Of a DNA stretch of 64,000 bases, positions 9,459-17,927 are shown piece after piece. The DNA lies in IMG/VR virus record IMGVR_UViG_3300029305_001143. One strand, 5' to 3'. The position numbers and the translations under genes were made by a program. The first letter of the stretch is position 1. Each line of letters begins with the position of its first letter. Origin of the DNA: an uncultured virus (IMG/VR IMGVR_UViG_3300029305_001143) (lineage: Duplodnaviria; Heunggongvirae; Uroviricota; Caudoviricetes). The notes beneath the pieces are model-generated. The model saw only the letters and a list, made by a program, of their open reading frames with translations. It had not been told where the DNA came from and did not search any database.

Positions 9459-11238
9459 CTAGCACACCTTCTTTCACTAATAAGGAACGTCGATACGATG
9501 TATCTGAGCCCATGATTCTACGTACTTCATCCAAGCACTCAGGAGAACTATCAATCCTGATGATACTACGAGTCTCAGGATTCATACACGCGATAGCTAA
9601 CTGTTCAGGATTCATCTCACCAAGTCCCTTATATCTGGTGATAGAGTATCCTTTCTTCAGATACTTAGTCTTTAACTCTTCATCATTGATAGGAATGAAC
9701 TTCTTACCTTCATATGTACCATAGAGAGGAGGAAGAGCTAAGTATAGATAACCAGACTCTACCATTTCAGGCATAGTAGCTAAGAAGAAGGAGATGAGCA
9801 GACAGGCAATATTCTTGCCATCCTCATCAGCATCCGTGAAGATAATGACCTTACTGTACCTAGACTTCCTGATATTGACATCGTCGAAGATACCAACATC
9901 AATACTAGATACAATAGTAGCTACCTCAGCATTCTTCAGTAGAGAAGCTGCATCTGCTGTGAATGCGTTAATGAACTTACCTCGAAGAGGTAGTACTGCC
10001 TGAGTATTCACATTTCTAGCTTGGATAGCAGAACCTGCAGCAGAGTTACCTTCTACGATGAAGAGCTCAGCTTGCTCTCTATCTTTAGTATTACAGTCAG
10101 CGAATCCCGAGACACCTAAGGTATTCAGGAATGTACTCTTCCTATCTCTACGTACATTACTTTTATTATTACGCTTGTTGATCTCGTTACGCTTATACTT
10201 GAGCAACTCAAGGATCTGAGTCTTCACCTCAGGATTCTGTCTGAAGTACTTACCTAACTCAGACTGGACAGTAGTCGTAATCCAAGCTCTCATATCCTTA
10301 GAGATAGCCTTAGTCTTAGCCTGACTATCATACTCTACTGCAGGATACATAGCAGAGACTGCAATGTTCAATCCGTAAGTAGCGTCTGTATTACTAAAGT
10401 AACTTACTATAGCATCATAGACTGCTCTTTCATGATCTCCGCCATTATGAGTATAAATGGAATTACAGTAAGTTCTCTGAGTAGTCTTGTTAGTATCCTT
10501 AGACCAATTCAGAGCTACCATCAAATTCTTAGACTTGATGAGTATAGAATCTTCCAGGAGAGGATCTTTAGAGAGAATCAAGAATTTTCTGAAGTCAGTG
10601 ACTTTTACTTCTTTGCTATTATATATAAAAGTAACATGAGGCATCAGAGTCTTCAGGAGAGAGATCTTATTCTCAATTTCTCTTTCATAGTCAGCTAAGC
10701 TATCAGTGAAAAGAGGATGCTCAGTATCAATATGATACATGACTCTCGTACCACTATCAGTCTTTAGCTTGTTCACTTTACCTTTATTATAATCAACCTC
10801 TTGACCATACTGGAACTCTGCACTAATCATATCCTCTCCTCTCCAAGAGGTTACCATCAGATCTCTGGAGAGAGCGTTGACAACAGTAGAGCCTACACCA
10901 TTGAGTCCTCCACTCATAGCATAAGACTCTTGATCGTACTTACCACCTGCATTGAGTTTCTGGTAGATGGCAAAGATAGTAGGCTTATTCAAGTCTTTGT
11001 TCATACCTTGAGGGAGTCCTCTACCATTGTCTTCGACAGCGATATAATTATTATTATAATCTAAAGTGAATATGATTTTATCGGCATAGCCATTCATGGC
11101 TTCATCGATAGCATTATCAGCAATCTCAGTCCACATTTGATAAGAAGGTCTATCCGTAGAGATATACATACTTGCTCTCGTACGGATATGCTCAATATCA
11201 GACAAGACCTTGATAGCATCATCATTATATGCTTTCAA
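9451..11238 (-). CDS. Type IIA DNA topoisomerase subunit B (GyrB/ParE-like)
   Basis: EIADNAIDE, DNGRGLP, GGLNGVG, VEGNSA, PLRGK, DADEDG, RYKGLGEM. TTG start with GGAGG RBS. Confidence 0.95.
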   Translation of the reverse strand: MKAYNDDAIKVLSDIEHIRTRASMYISTDRPSYQMWTEIADNAIDEAMNGYADKIIFTLDYNNNYIAVEDNGRGLPQGMNKDLNKPTIFAIYQKLNAGGKYDQESYAMSGGLNGVGSTVVNALSRDLMVTSWRGEDMISAEFQYGQEVDYNKGKVNKLKTDSGTRVMYHIDTEHPLFTDSLADYEREIENKISLLKTLMPHVTFIYNSKEVKVTDFRKFLILSKDPLLEDSILIKSKNLMVALNWSKDTNKTTQRTYCNSIYTHNGGDHERAVYDAIVSYFSNTDATYGLNIAVSAMYPAVEYDSQAKTKAISKDMRAWITTTVQSELGKYFRQNPEVKTQILELLKYKRNEINKRNNKSNVRRDRKSTFLNTLGVSGFADCNTKDREQAELFIVEGNSAAGSAIQARNVNTQAVLPLRGKFINAFTADAASLLKNAEVATIVSSIDVGIFDDVNIRKSRYSKVIIFTDADEDGKNIACLLISFFLATMPEMVESGYLYLALPPLYGTYEGKKFIPINDEELKTKYLKKGYSITRYKGLGEMNPEQLAIACMNPETRSIIRIDSSPECLDEVRRIMGSDTSYRRSLLVKEGVLVE

Positions 11239-11261
11239 GTTATCTCCTCCCTTACATTATT

Positions 11262-11289
11262 ATAATTCGTGATATCTTCTAGAATCCCT
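11262..11289 (-). promoter_or_regulatory. Class A promoter motif
   Basis: AGGGAT-N12-CACGAATTAT upstream of topoisomerase B. Confidence 0.7.
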
Positions 11290-11325
11290 TCCAGCTAGAC
11301 ATGAAATTCTATTTCATGGCTTCTT

Positions 11326-11452
11326 AAGCTTACATGCTAAGCATCTTATATAAAGATTATAATTATTTATAATTATAATATAGCTCCCCTATTTACGTAG
11401 TTGCTTGATTGCTCCGCAATCCTTGTAAGCATTAAAGCTTACATGCTAAGCA
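11326..11452. repeat. 18-bp direct repeat pair flanking an AT-rich tract
   Basis: AAGCTTACATGCTAAGCA at 11326-11343 and 11435-11452, with TTATAATTA-type AT-rich sequence at about 11345-11382. Confidence 0.85.
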
Positions 11453-11480
11453 ACGTTCTAAATCTTAAGGTTGAGCTACT
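11445..11480 (-). promoter_or_regulatory. Class B promoter motif firing leftward into non-coding DNA
   Basis: AGTAGCTCAA-N13-AACGTTGCTTAGC. Confidence 0.55.
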
Positions 11481-11497
11481 TTTATCATATCTCAGAA

Positions 11498-11533
11498 AGT
11501 AGCCTAACTATTGGATTACTCACGTTGCTTATT
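11498..11533 (+). promoter_or_regulatory. Class B promoter motif for the plus-strand operon
   Basis: AGTAGCCTAA-N13-CACGTTGCTTATT, followed by the AAGGAGG RBS and ATG 11566. Confidence 0.65.
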
Positions 11534-11565
11534 GTAGGAGATCAAACTCGAAGGAGGAGTACTAT

Positions 11566-12237
11566 ATGATTAACAATAAATTCCTGAAGATTACTGCTAG
11601 TCCTCTCATGAACTTAGACCATACATACAGATATAGTGGTACTAAGTTAGTTGAACCTGAATCTCTATCTCAGCATATTGTAGATACTATCATGATGGGG
11701 TTGAAGATTATCGATGAAGTTAACTTCATCGCAGGCAAGGAACTGCTAGACTCTAGCAAGTATCTCATGAAAGCTGTATGTCATGATCTGGAAGAAGTTA
11801 TCACAGGTGATATCCCTAGACCTCTGAAGTATTATAACGAAGATACTACTAAGTCTATGAAGGATGTAGCCGATCAGGTAGCTGATAAATTCTTCAGAGA
11901 GCAGTTTTATGCTCATGTGAGCTACTATGAAGCTTGGAGAGACGCTAAGGAAGATAAGGAAGGTTACATCTTAAAGATTGTAGATACTCTCGTAGTCGTG
12001 AGTAAGGTACTGAAGGAAGTGTCTATGCTTCATAACTTCTATATGTTGAGAGTCGCTCATGAAGTGTCTCAGTATCTGCAGGAGCTTATCAAATCTCCTA
12101 ATACATTATTCGAGGATGACGTGCAGAAATATATTAATGATCTACTCTATGGTGCTCTTACTGCTATGACTCGCACCCTTCGAGACAATGCAGATATCAT
12201 GCGTGATTTCAATATCCACAATTTATCTATGATTTGA
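11566..12237 (+). CDS. HD-domain deoxynucleotide phosphohydrolase (YfbR/DatZ-like)
   Basis: RYSG...ESLSQH, CHDLEEVITGDIPRPLKY, KIVD. Confidence 0.85.
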   Translation: MINNKFLKITASPLMNLDHTYRYSGTKLVEPESLSQHIVDTIMMGLKIIDEVNFIAGKELLDSSKYLMKAVCHDLEEVITGDIPRPLKYYNEDTTKSMKDVADQVADKFFREQFYAHVSYYEAWRDAKEDKEGYILKIVDTLVVVSKVLKEVSMLHNFYMLRVAHEVSQYLQELIKSPNTLFEDDVQKYINDLLYGALTAMTRTLRDNADIMRDFNIHNLSMI

Positions 12238-12246
12238 GGTGAGATA

Positions 12247-12963
12247 GTGAACTTATTCAAAAGAACTCTCATAATAACTCCACACTTTGATGATGAGACT
12301 ATAGGATGTGGAGGTCTGATGAGTAGCTTATCTATGAACCCTGATAATCAGATTAAGGTAGTAGTGGTAGCTACGAACAAGAGCACATATAATTATAATG
12401 TGAACAGAGTAGTCAATAATGATGAGAGAAAGTTAGAATCTATCAATGCACTAGCTGAACTAGGAGTCCCTAAAGAGTCTTTGATTCAGCTAGATGGGTT
12501 CGAAGATGGTAGACTTGATATGTGTGATAGAAAGTCACTAGTCACTGTGCTGGATAGTATCATCAGGACTTTCAAGCCTACTGCTGTACTATTCCCATAC
12601 AGTAGTCATCATCAGGATCATCAAGCAGTCTACCAGGCTAGTATAGCTGCTCTGAGACCTACTGTATCTACTAACTTCATTCAATTAAAGGCTATGTATG
12701 AGTACCCCTATGTCACTTCTTGGAGTAGCTCAGTCAATCCAGATAGTAAGCTTTATTATCCTCTGTCTAAGTTGGATATCGCTAGGAAAGAAGCAGCACT
12801 GAAAGCTTACAAATCTCAGCTAGTGAGAGACCCAAGAGATATCCTTGATGTTTCTTCTATCATTAACTTAGCTAAGGTCAGAGGTACTGAGATAGGACAC
12901 GACTATGCTGAAGCATTCTACCCTATGACTATTATAGCGAGGGATTGTTATGGTGACCAATAA
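12247..12963 (+). CDS. PIG-L/LmbE family N-acetylhexosamine deacetylase
   Basis: PHFDDETIGCGG, HHQDH, AYKSQ, AEAF. Confidence 0.9.
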   Translation: MNLFKRTLIITPHFDDETIGCGGLMSSLSMNPDNQIKVVVVATNKSTYNYNVNRVVNNDERKLESINALAELGVPKESLIQLDGFEDGRLDMCDRKSLVTVLDSIIRTFKPTAVLFPYSSHHQDHQAVYQASIAALRPTVSTNFIQLKAMYEYPYVTSWSSSVNPDSKLYYPLSKLDIARKEAALKAYKSQLVRDPRDILDVSSIINLAKVRGTEIGHDYAEAFYPMTIIARDCYGDQ

Positions 12964-13771
12964 TCATATACGTAGATACTTGAAGCTACCTGCATCTGAA
13001 AGAGAATTCCAGATAGAGAGAGTAGATGCTGTTAGCAATAATCAGAAGACTCTCATGTTCATCAACAAGCCTGGACTGGACTTGAAGAAATTAGATATCA
13101 GTAATAATTGTGTCTTCCTAGTAGATCCTATTTATCCAGAGTATGTCTCCAGCAGGAATGATTTCATTCGTGTAGATAATCCTAAATACAGATTCTGTCT
13201 CCTAGTGGAGTCTTTCGAGCTACCTTCTAGACTCCAGCTAGACTTCCTCAAGCTTGAACACTTTACTCCTACTAGCTACTGCAAAGAGTGTCTGATAGGT
13301 AACAATTGTCGTATCGATCCTGGAGCTATTATAGGAGGTACTGACTTCAGTCCTGTCATGGGAGATACTAGAGATCAGCTAGTACAATTCCCTCAGATGG
13401 GAGGAGTCATGATAGGAGACAATGTAGTCATTAAGTACAATACTATGGTAGGTAAAGGTACTTTCGGATTCACTGAAATCGGGAATAAAACTATGATAGA
13501 TTATAGCTGTCAGATAGGTCATAATTGTATCATAGGTAATTCTTGTATTATAGCAGCAGGTACTATTATCGGAGGTAGCACGAAGGTAGGTAACAACACT
13601 ACTATCGGTATTGGAGCTAAGATCAGGAATGGTATCAGTATAGGGTCTAATGTATCGATCGGTATGGGTTCTGTCGTCATAAAGGACGTACCTGATAATG
13701 CTGTAGTAGTAGGTAATCCTGCTAGGATTATTAATCATAAAGTTATTTTTGATGAAGGAGGTTTAGTATGA
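12950..13771 (+). CDS. Left-handed beta-helix N-acyltransferase (LpxD-like)
   Basis: Hexapeptide repeats, FPQMGGVMIGDNV, QIGHN (LpxD catalytic His position), VVVGNPAR. Confidence 0.85.
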   Translation: MVTNNHIRRYLKLPASEREFQIERVDAVSNNQKTLMFINKPGLDLKKLDISNNCVFLVDPIYPEYVSSRNDFIRVDNPKYRFCLLVESFELPSRLQLDFLKLEHFTPTSYCKECLIGNNCRIDPGAIIGGTDFSPVMGDTRDQLVQFPQMGGVMIGDNVVIKYNTMVGKGTFGFTEIGNKTMIDYSCQIGHNCIIGNSCIIAAGTIIGGSTKVGNNTTIGIGAKIRNGISIGSNVSIGMGSVVIKDVPDNAVVVGNPARIINHKVIFDEGGLV

Positions 13772-14892
13772 ATATCACTAACAAAGCAGACTTATTAGCT
13801 TCTCAGTCTCATTGTCATCTAGGAGTACCTAAGAGTAAAGAAAGAGATATTAATCTCGTCATCCGCACTTCAGGCTCTTCAGGTAATCCTCTATCTGTAG
13901 CTATGAATCAGATTGACTTCGAGAAGATTACTGATGTAGGAGCTAAGTGTTTCATCAATGCTGGAGTCAAGCCTGGTATGCGTATTATACATTGCTTGAA
14001 CTTCCAGATGTGGGCTGGAGGTGTACTGGACTTCCATAGTCTAATGAAGTCAGGAGCTGCAGCATTCCCTTATGGAGTAGGTAATACCAAAGAGCTCATC
14101 AACGCTATCATGTATTATGATATCGAAGGTATCTCTTGTACTCCTTCCTACATGCGTAGACTGAAAGAAGTATTACGTACTGAGTTCAATATGCACCCTA
14201 AGACTCTGGGATTGAAGTACGGATTCTTCGGAGGAGAGAGTGGATTACAGAGTCCTAACTTCCGTAAGAATATCGAGGAAGAGTGGGGTATCGAAGCTCT
14301 GAATGCTAACTACGGTTCCGCTGATAGTATCTCTATCTTAGCTTCAGAGAATTATAACACTAGAGATGGCTTGCAGTTCATGGCTAGTGATATTGCTAGA
14401 GCTAGTATCAAAGTAGGAGATCAGATCTTACCTCCTAGTAAGGGTCTCGTAGGTGAGCTATTGATTACTACTACCTATGAGGGAGGTCTCATCAATAGGA
14501 ACAATTACAATATCGGAGATATCGTAGAGGTTACTTCTGATGGTCCTGACTTTAAGTTTAATATTCTAGGAAGATCCGATGATATGGTAATTATCAGAGG
14601 ATTAAATGTGTATCCTAATGCTGTCCGAGATATTGTATCTGAAGTAGGTATGTCTCACGGACATCCTGAGATCACATGCCAGCTGTTAGTATCTAAAGAG
14701 GATCCGATTGAGAAAGCTGAGTTAATCTTCGATACAGACTTCATCCATCATGGTTTCCTCATTGAGGAGATTAGAGAAGCTATCAGCAAGGAACTTCGTG
14801 ATAGATTATCTCTCAGTATCCCTGTACACTATAGCGACCTAGAGATGTCTGCTAATATGAAAATCAAGCAAGTAAGGAGGGTATTAGAGTGA
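13768..14892 (+). CDS. Adenylate-forming acyl-CoA ligase (phenylacetate-CoA ligase PaaK-like)
   Basis: RTSGSSGNP, CTPSY, GGE, NYGSAD, YNIGD, GRSDDMVIIRGLNVYP. Confidence 0.85.
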   Translation: MNITNKADLLASQSHCHLGVPKSKERDINLVIRTSGSSGNPLSVAMNQIDFEKITDVGAKCFINAGVKPGMRIIHCLNFQMWAGGVLDFHSLMKSGAAAFPYGVGNTKELINAIMYYDIEGISCTPSYMRRLKEVLRTEFNMHPKTLGLKYGFFGGESGLQSPNFRKNIEEEWGIEALNANYGSADSISILASENYNTRDGLQFMASDIARASIKVGDQILPPSKGLVGELLITTTYEGGLINRNNYNIGDIVEVTSDGPDFKFNILGRSDDMVIIRGLNVYPNAVRDIVSEVGMSHGHPEITCQLLVSKEDPIEKAELIFDTDFIHHGFLIEEIREAISKELRDRLSLSIPVHYSDLEMSANMKIKQVRRVLE

Positions 14893-15962
14893 GTCGTAAG
14901 TATGAGTTCAAACAACTAATCAGCAAGCATCTTCGTGACAAGTTAGATTATCTAAAAGAGACTTACGGAGAAAAGTCTCCTGAATATCTTTCCATTTACA
15001 ATCAGTATGTCTATAATGAGATGGAAGATAATCAGACAGATGAAGTCAATGCTAAGCACTACGAAGCTGGATGTAGTGATGGTTTGGTGAAGAATCTGGA
15101 GAGACTATATCAGAGACATGGATGCGTAGAGATTGCTTGGAGTTGCGTATCTAACTGTAGATATTGTCTTCGTAGTAACTACGAGGATCATACTTTACTA
15201 AAAGACGAGAATTTAAGAGCTATCGCAGAATATTGCAGAGACAACAGTCTTGAAGAGTTGCTGATTACAGGAGGAGATCCTTTCTGTAATCCTAAGGCTC
15301 TGAGTATCCTGCTAGGATATCTCTACGAGATAGCTCCTAATGTGCAGATTTATCGGATCGCTACTAGAATGATTACGCAGTCTCCTGACTCTATCCCTGA
15401 GAAAGTATTCGCTATCTTAGAGAGATATAGTAAGTTGAAGAGAGTAGAAGTAGCTACTCAGATCAATTCTCATTGTGAGTTCGACGATAAGGTAGATGCA
15501 GTCATCCGTAGGATCCAGAGTATGGGTATCACTATCTATTCTCAGAACGTATTCTTAAAGGGAGTGAATGATACTCCTGAGCAGCTCATCGAATTGTATC
15601 ACTCCATGCGTATGAGAGGTATTGAAGCTCACTACCTATTCCATGCAGTACCTATGAAAGGTACCCACCATCTCAGACCTTCTGTAGCTAGTATGATCTA
15701 CTGCTACGAGAATTTAGTGAATTCAGGTAGAGTCACTGGACGTAGTAAGCCTATCATGGCTATTATGTCACAGATAGGTAAAATTACACTGACTCCTGAT
15801 AATGTCATCGCTTATAATCCTAAGCAGTATACTGTGACTCTTAGATCTAACTACAAATATGTAGATCGTATGAGATACAATCCTCATTGGCAGATCCCTG
15901 AGTCTGCTTATGTAGATGATAATGGTTACTTGTGTATCAATTACCTTGATGGAGAGAGTTAA
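14889..15962 (+). CDS. Radical SAM amino-acid 2,3-aminomutase (KamA/lysine 2,3-aminomutase family)
   Basis: CVSNCRYCLR (CxxxCxxC), LITGGDP, RIATR, SQNVFLKGVND, HYLFH, and GK at the PLP-lysine position. Confidence 0.85.
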   Translation: MSRKYEFKQLISKHLRDKLDYLKETYGEKSPEYLSIYNQYVYNEMEDNQTDEVNAKHYEAGCSDGLVKNLERLYQRHGCVEIAWSCVSNCRYCLRSNYEDHTLLKDENLRAIAEYCRDNSLEELLITGGDPFCNPKALSILLGYLYEIAPNVQIYRIATRMITQSPDSIPEKVFAILERYSKLKRVEVATQINSHCEFDDKVDAVIRRIQSMGITIYSQNVFLKGVNDTPEQLIELYHSMRMRGIEAHYLFHAVPMKGTHHLRPSVASMIYCYENLVNSGRVTGRSKPIMAIMSQIGKITLTPDNVIAYNPKQYTVTLRSNYKYVDRMRYNPHWQIPESAYVDDNGYLCINYLDGES

Positions 15963-15972
15963 GGAGGATATT

Positions 15973-17040
15973 ATGAAGCTCTGTATCTGCACACTGCACA
16001 ATTCGTTTGCACCTAATGAAGTAGGAGGAGGTAGTTCCGCTCCTATCTACTTCTATGACCAGATGAAGAATTACTTCGATGAAGTAGATATCATCACTCT
16101 CAGAGATAATAAGAATTACCAGACTCCGTTCGCTTCGGAGGTAGCATACCGTAGCGATCCTGCAGTCTTGGAGAAGTATGATTTCGTCATCTTCACTGCT
16201 CCAGGACTGACTTACGAGAAGTATGAAGAGGTCAATCGTAATAAGTACGTGGATATACTGAATCATGCTAAGAAGTTTGCATTCATGTGTCATGAGGAGA
16301 ATGACCGTAAGCTCTATCCTTACTACATGAATTTCTTGACGCATCCCAACATGACCTTCGTACTGTTCAACTGTCCTACTATGGCTACGTTCACATTCCC
16401 TGATTATGTAGAGACTGCAGGAGATTGGGACTATGTTAGCTTCTGTCCTATCCTGCCTACTAAGGAAGAGATCTTGGAGAGAGCTAAGCTCAAGAAGGAC
16501 AAGATCATGTCTACTTGTAGATGGACTACCTCTAAGAGAATCTTTGAGTATCTATCCATGACTGAAGACTTCATCAATAATGGTATCGAAGTGCATGCAG
16601 CAGGAGCTCATCAGAGTTACTGGTATAATCTGAAGATGGAAGAGTTACCTTCTAAGAACTACACAGACCATGGATACTTCGAACCTAGTCAGGTACCTGA
16701 GCTTCTCTCTGATGTGAAGTACCACTGGAATTTCTTGTTCCAGCTGAGAGGTATGGGTCAGAAGACTCATCAGCCTAGACTGGAAGTGGCTACTATGGAA
16801 GCTTTCAGAGAAGGATGTTTGCCTGTCATCTGTAAGGAGTTCACTCCTGACTGGGTAGGAGAAGACTCTGCTGTACGTATCAGTAAGAATGACTATACTA
16901 ATCTCCCTTCTATCCTAGGAGCTATGTCTGATGAGGAGAGATTGGATCGTCTCAGTAAGTTCTATGACTTAGTAGAGGAGCATGTATTATCTCATTACGC
17001 AGAGATCAGAGATCATATACTGAAGGTTTGTTCGGAGTAA
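15973..17040 (+). CDS. GT-B glycosyltransferase resembling T-even DNA glucosyltransferases
   Basis: CRWTTSK and FQLRGMGQKTHQPRLEVATMEAFREGCLPVI resemble, from recall, T4 alpha-glucosyltransferase (GRTTTWK; YQLSKLNQKYLQRSLEYTHLELGACGTIPVF). Start placed at ATG 15973 behind AAGGAGG. Confidence 0.7.
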   Translation: MKLCICTLHNSFAPNEVGGGSSAPIYFYDQMKNYFDEVDIITLRDNKNYQTPFASEVAYRSDPAVLEKYDFVIFTAPGLTYEKYEEVNRNKYVDILNHAKKFAFMCHEENDRKLYPYYMNFLTHPNMTFVLFNCPTMATFTFPDYVETAGDWDYVSFCPILPTKEEILERAKLKKDKIMSTCRWTTSKRIFEYLSMTEDFINNGIEVHAAGAHQSYWYNLKMEELPSKNYTDHGYFEPSQVPELLSDVKYHWNFLFQLRGMGQKTHQPRLEVATMEAFREGCLPVICKEFTPDWVGEDSAVRISKNDYTNLPSILGAMSDEERLDRLSKFYDLVEEHVLSHYAEIRDHILKVCSE

Positions 17041-17120
17041 CTCTAATTCAAGTGAATATCCGCTCTTAGAGCTTCGAGGAGACTCTTCTCAGATATTGCC
17101 TAGGAAGGCTAAGGGTATAT

Positions 17121-17160
17121 AAAAGGACGCTCCTACGATGCTGTAAGAGCGTCCTTCTTA
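17121..17160. terminator. Terminator hairpin between convergent genes
   Basis: AAGGACGCTC / GAGCGTCCTT stem with a T-tract on the minus strand. Confidence 0.7.
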
Positions 17161-17166
17161 CTTATT

Positions 17167-17194
17167 ATAATTCGTGGTAAAAGTCAGAATCCCT
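17167..17194 (-). promoter_or_regulatory. Class A promoter motif with no downstream minus-strand ORF
   Basis: AGGGAT-N12-CACGAATTAT. Confidence 0.6.
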
Positions 17195-17196
17195 TC

Positions 17197-17805
17197 TTAA
17201 TCCTCGTAATATCCTTTAAAATATTCGATAGGTAATTCTATCTTGTGCATAGCTGCGAGACCTCTTACAGTATCCTCCAAGAACTTCATAGCTACTATGA
17301 TTCTCTTATATCCGATACCTGTCTCTTCAGCTACCCAAGATAAATTGAGTCTGCTATTGATGTAGTGATTCAAGTCTGACCTACAGCTCACTACGTCTCT
17401 AGGAACTTCATCACGAGTGTCGATGTCAGAGAGTATGATGTCTAAGAGTTTCATAGAGAGCTCTAACATATTACTATCCCACTTATTGTATCCAGGTCTA
17501 GACAATTCTCGCTTGATGAGCTTGACTAGTTCATCGAATTGGAGCATCTCATCTTCCTTGCTATCATAGGATATATTCAGTACATCCAAGTCTAAGTAAG
17601 GTACTTCTGGAGCTTGTCTAGTCTTCACTTTCCTCCAGAAATCGATAGCTTTACGATAGAGATCGTAGTAGTTGTCAGATACATAGTAAGCATGGATTCT
17701 CAGCTCTTGTGCTAAGTCTTCATGCCACGGAGATAGATTGTCGAACTTATAACAGATAAGAGATATTTTCTCTTCTACTTCTTTCCAGTCTATGTTGTGA
17801 TTCAT
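17197..17805 (-). CDS. Putative phage sigma-70-family sigma factor
   Basis: Region-2-like EDLAQELRI and a C-terminal HTH-like LSWVAEETGIGYKRI; 202 aa. Confidence 0.55.
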   Translation of the reverse strand: MNHNIDWKEVEEKISLICYKFDNLSPWHEDLAQELRIHAYYVSDNYYDLYRKAIDFWRKVKTRQAPEVPYLDLDVLNISYDSKEDEMLQFDELVKLIKRELSRPGYNKWDSNMLELSMKLLDIILSDIDTRDEVPRDVVSCRSDLNHYINSRLNLSWVAEETGIGYKRIIVAMKFLEDTVRGLAAMHKIELPIEYFKGYYED

Positions 17806-17853
17806 AAGATAGCTCCTTCTAGTTAAATTCTATGGTGGGATACTTACATTAAC

Positions 17854-17881
17854 ATAATTCGTGATAAAATTCAAAATCCCT
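17854..17881 (-). promoter_or_regulatory. Class A promoter motif
   Basis: AGGGAT-N12-CACGAATTAT upstream of the sigma-like gene. Confidence 0.7.
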
Positions 17882-17892
17882 CCTTCCTAAAC

Positions 17893-17927
17893 AAAAAGAG
17901 GACTCCAATTTAGGAGTCCTCTTTTTT
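17893..17927. terminator. Intrinsic terminator ending the structural operon
   Basis: AAAAAGAGGACTCC / GGAGTCCTCTTTTT; bidirectional. Confidence 0.85.

Noticed and set aside
11326..11452. CRISPR mini-array
   Set aside because: There are only two 18-bp repeats with a 91-bp gap and no cas genes.
12950..13771. Lipid A biosynthesis role for the LpxD-like gene
   Set aside because: No other lpx genes are present, the lysis cassette is Gram-positive-type, and the operon context points elsewhere.
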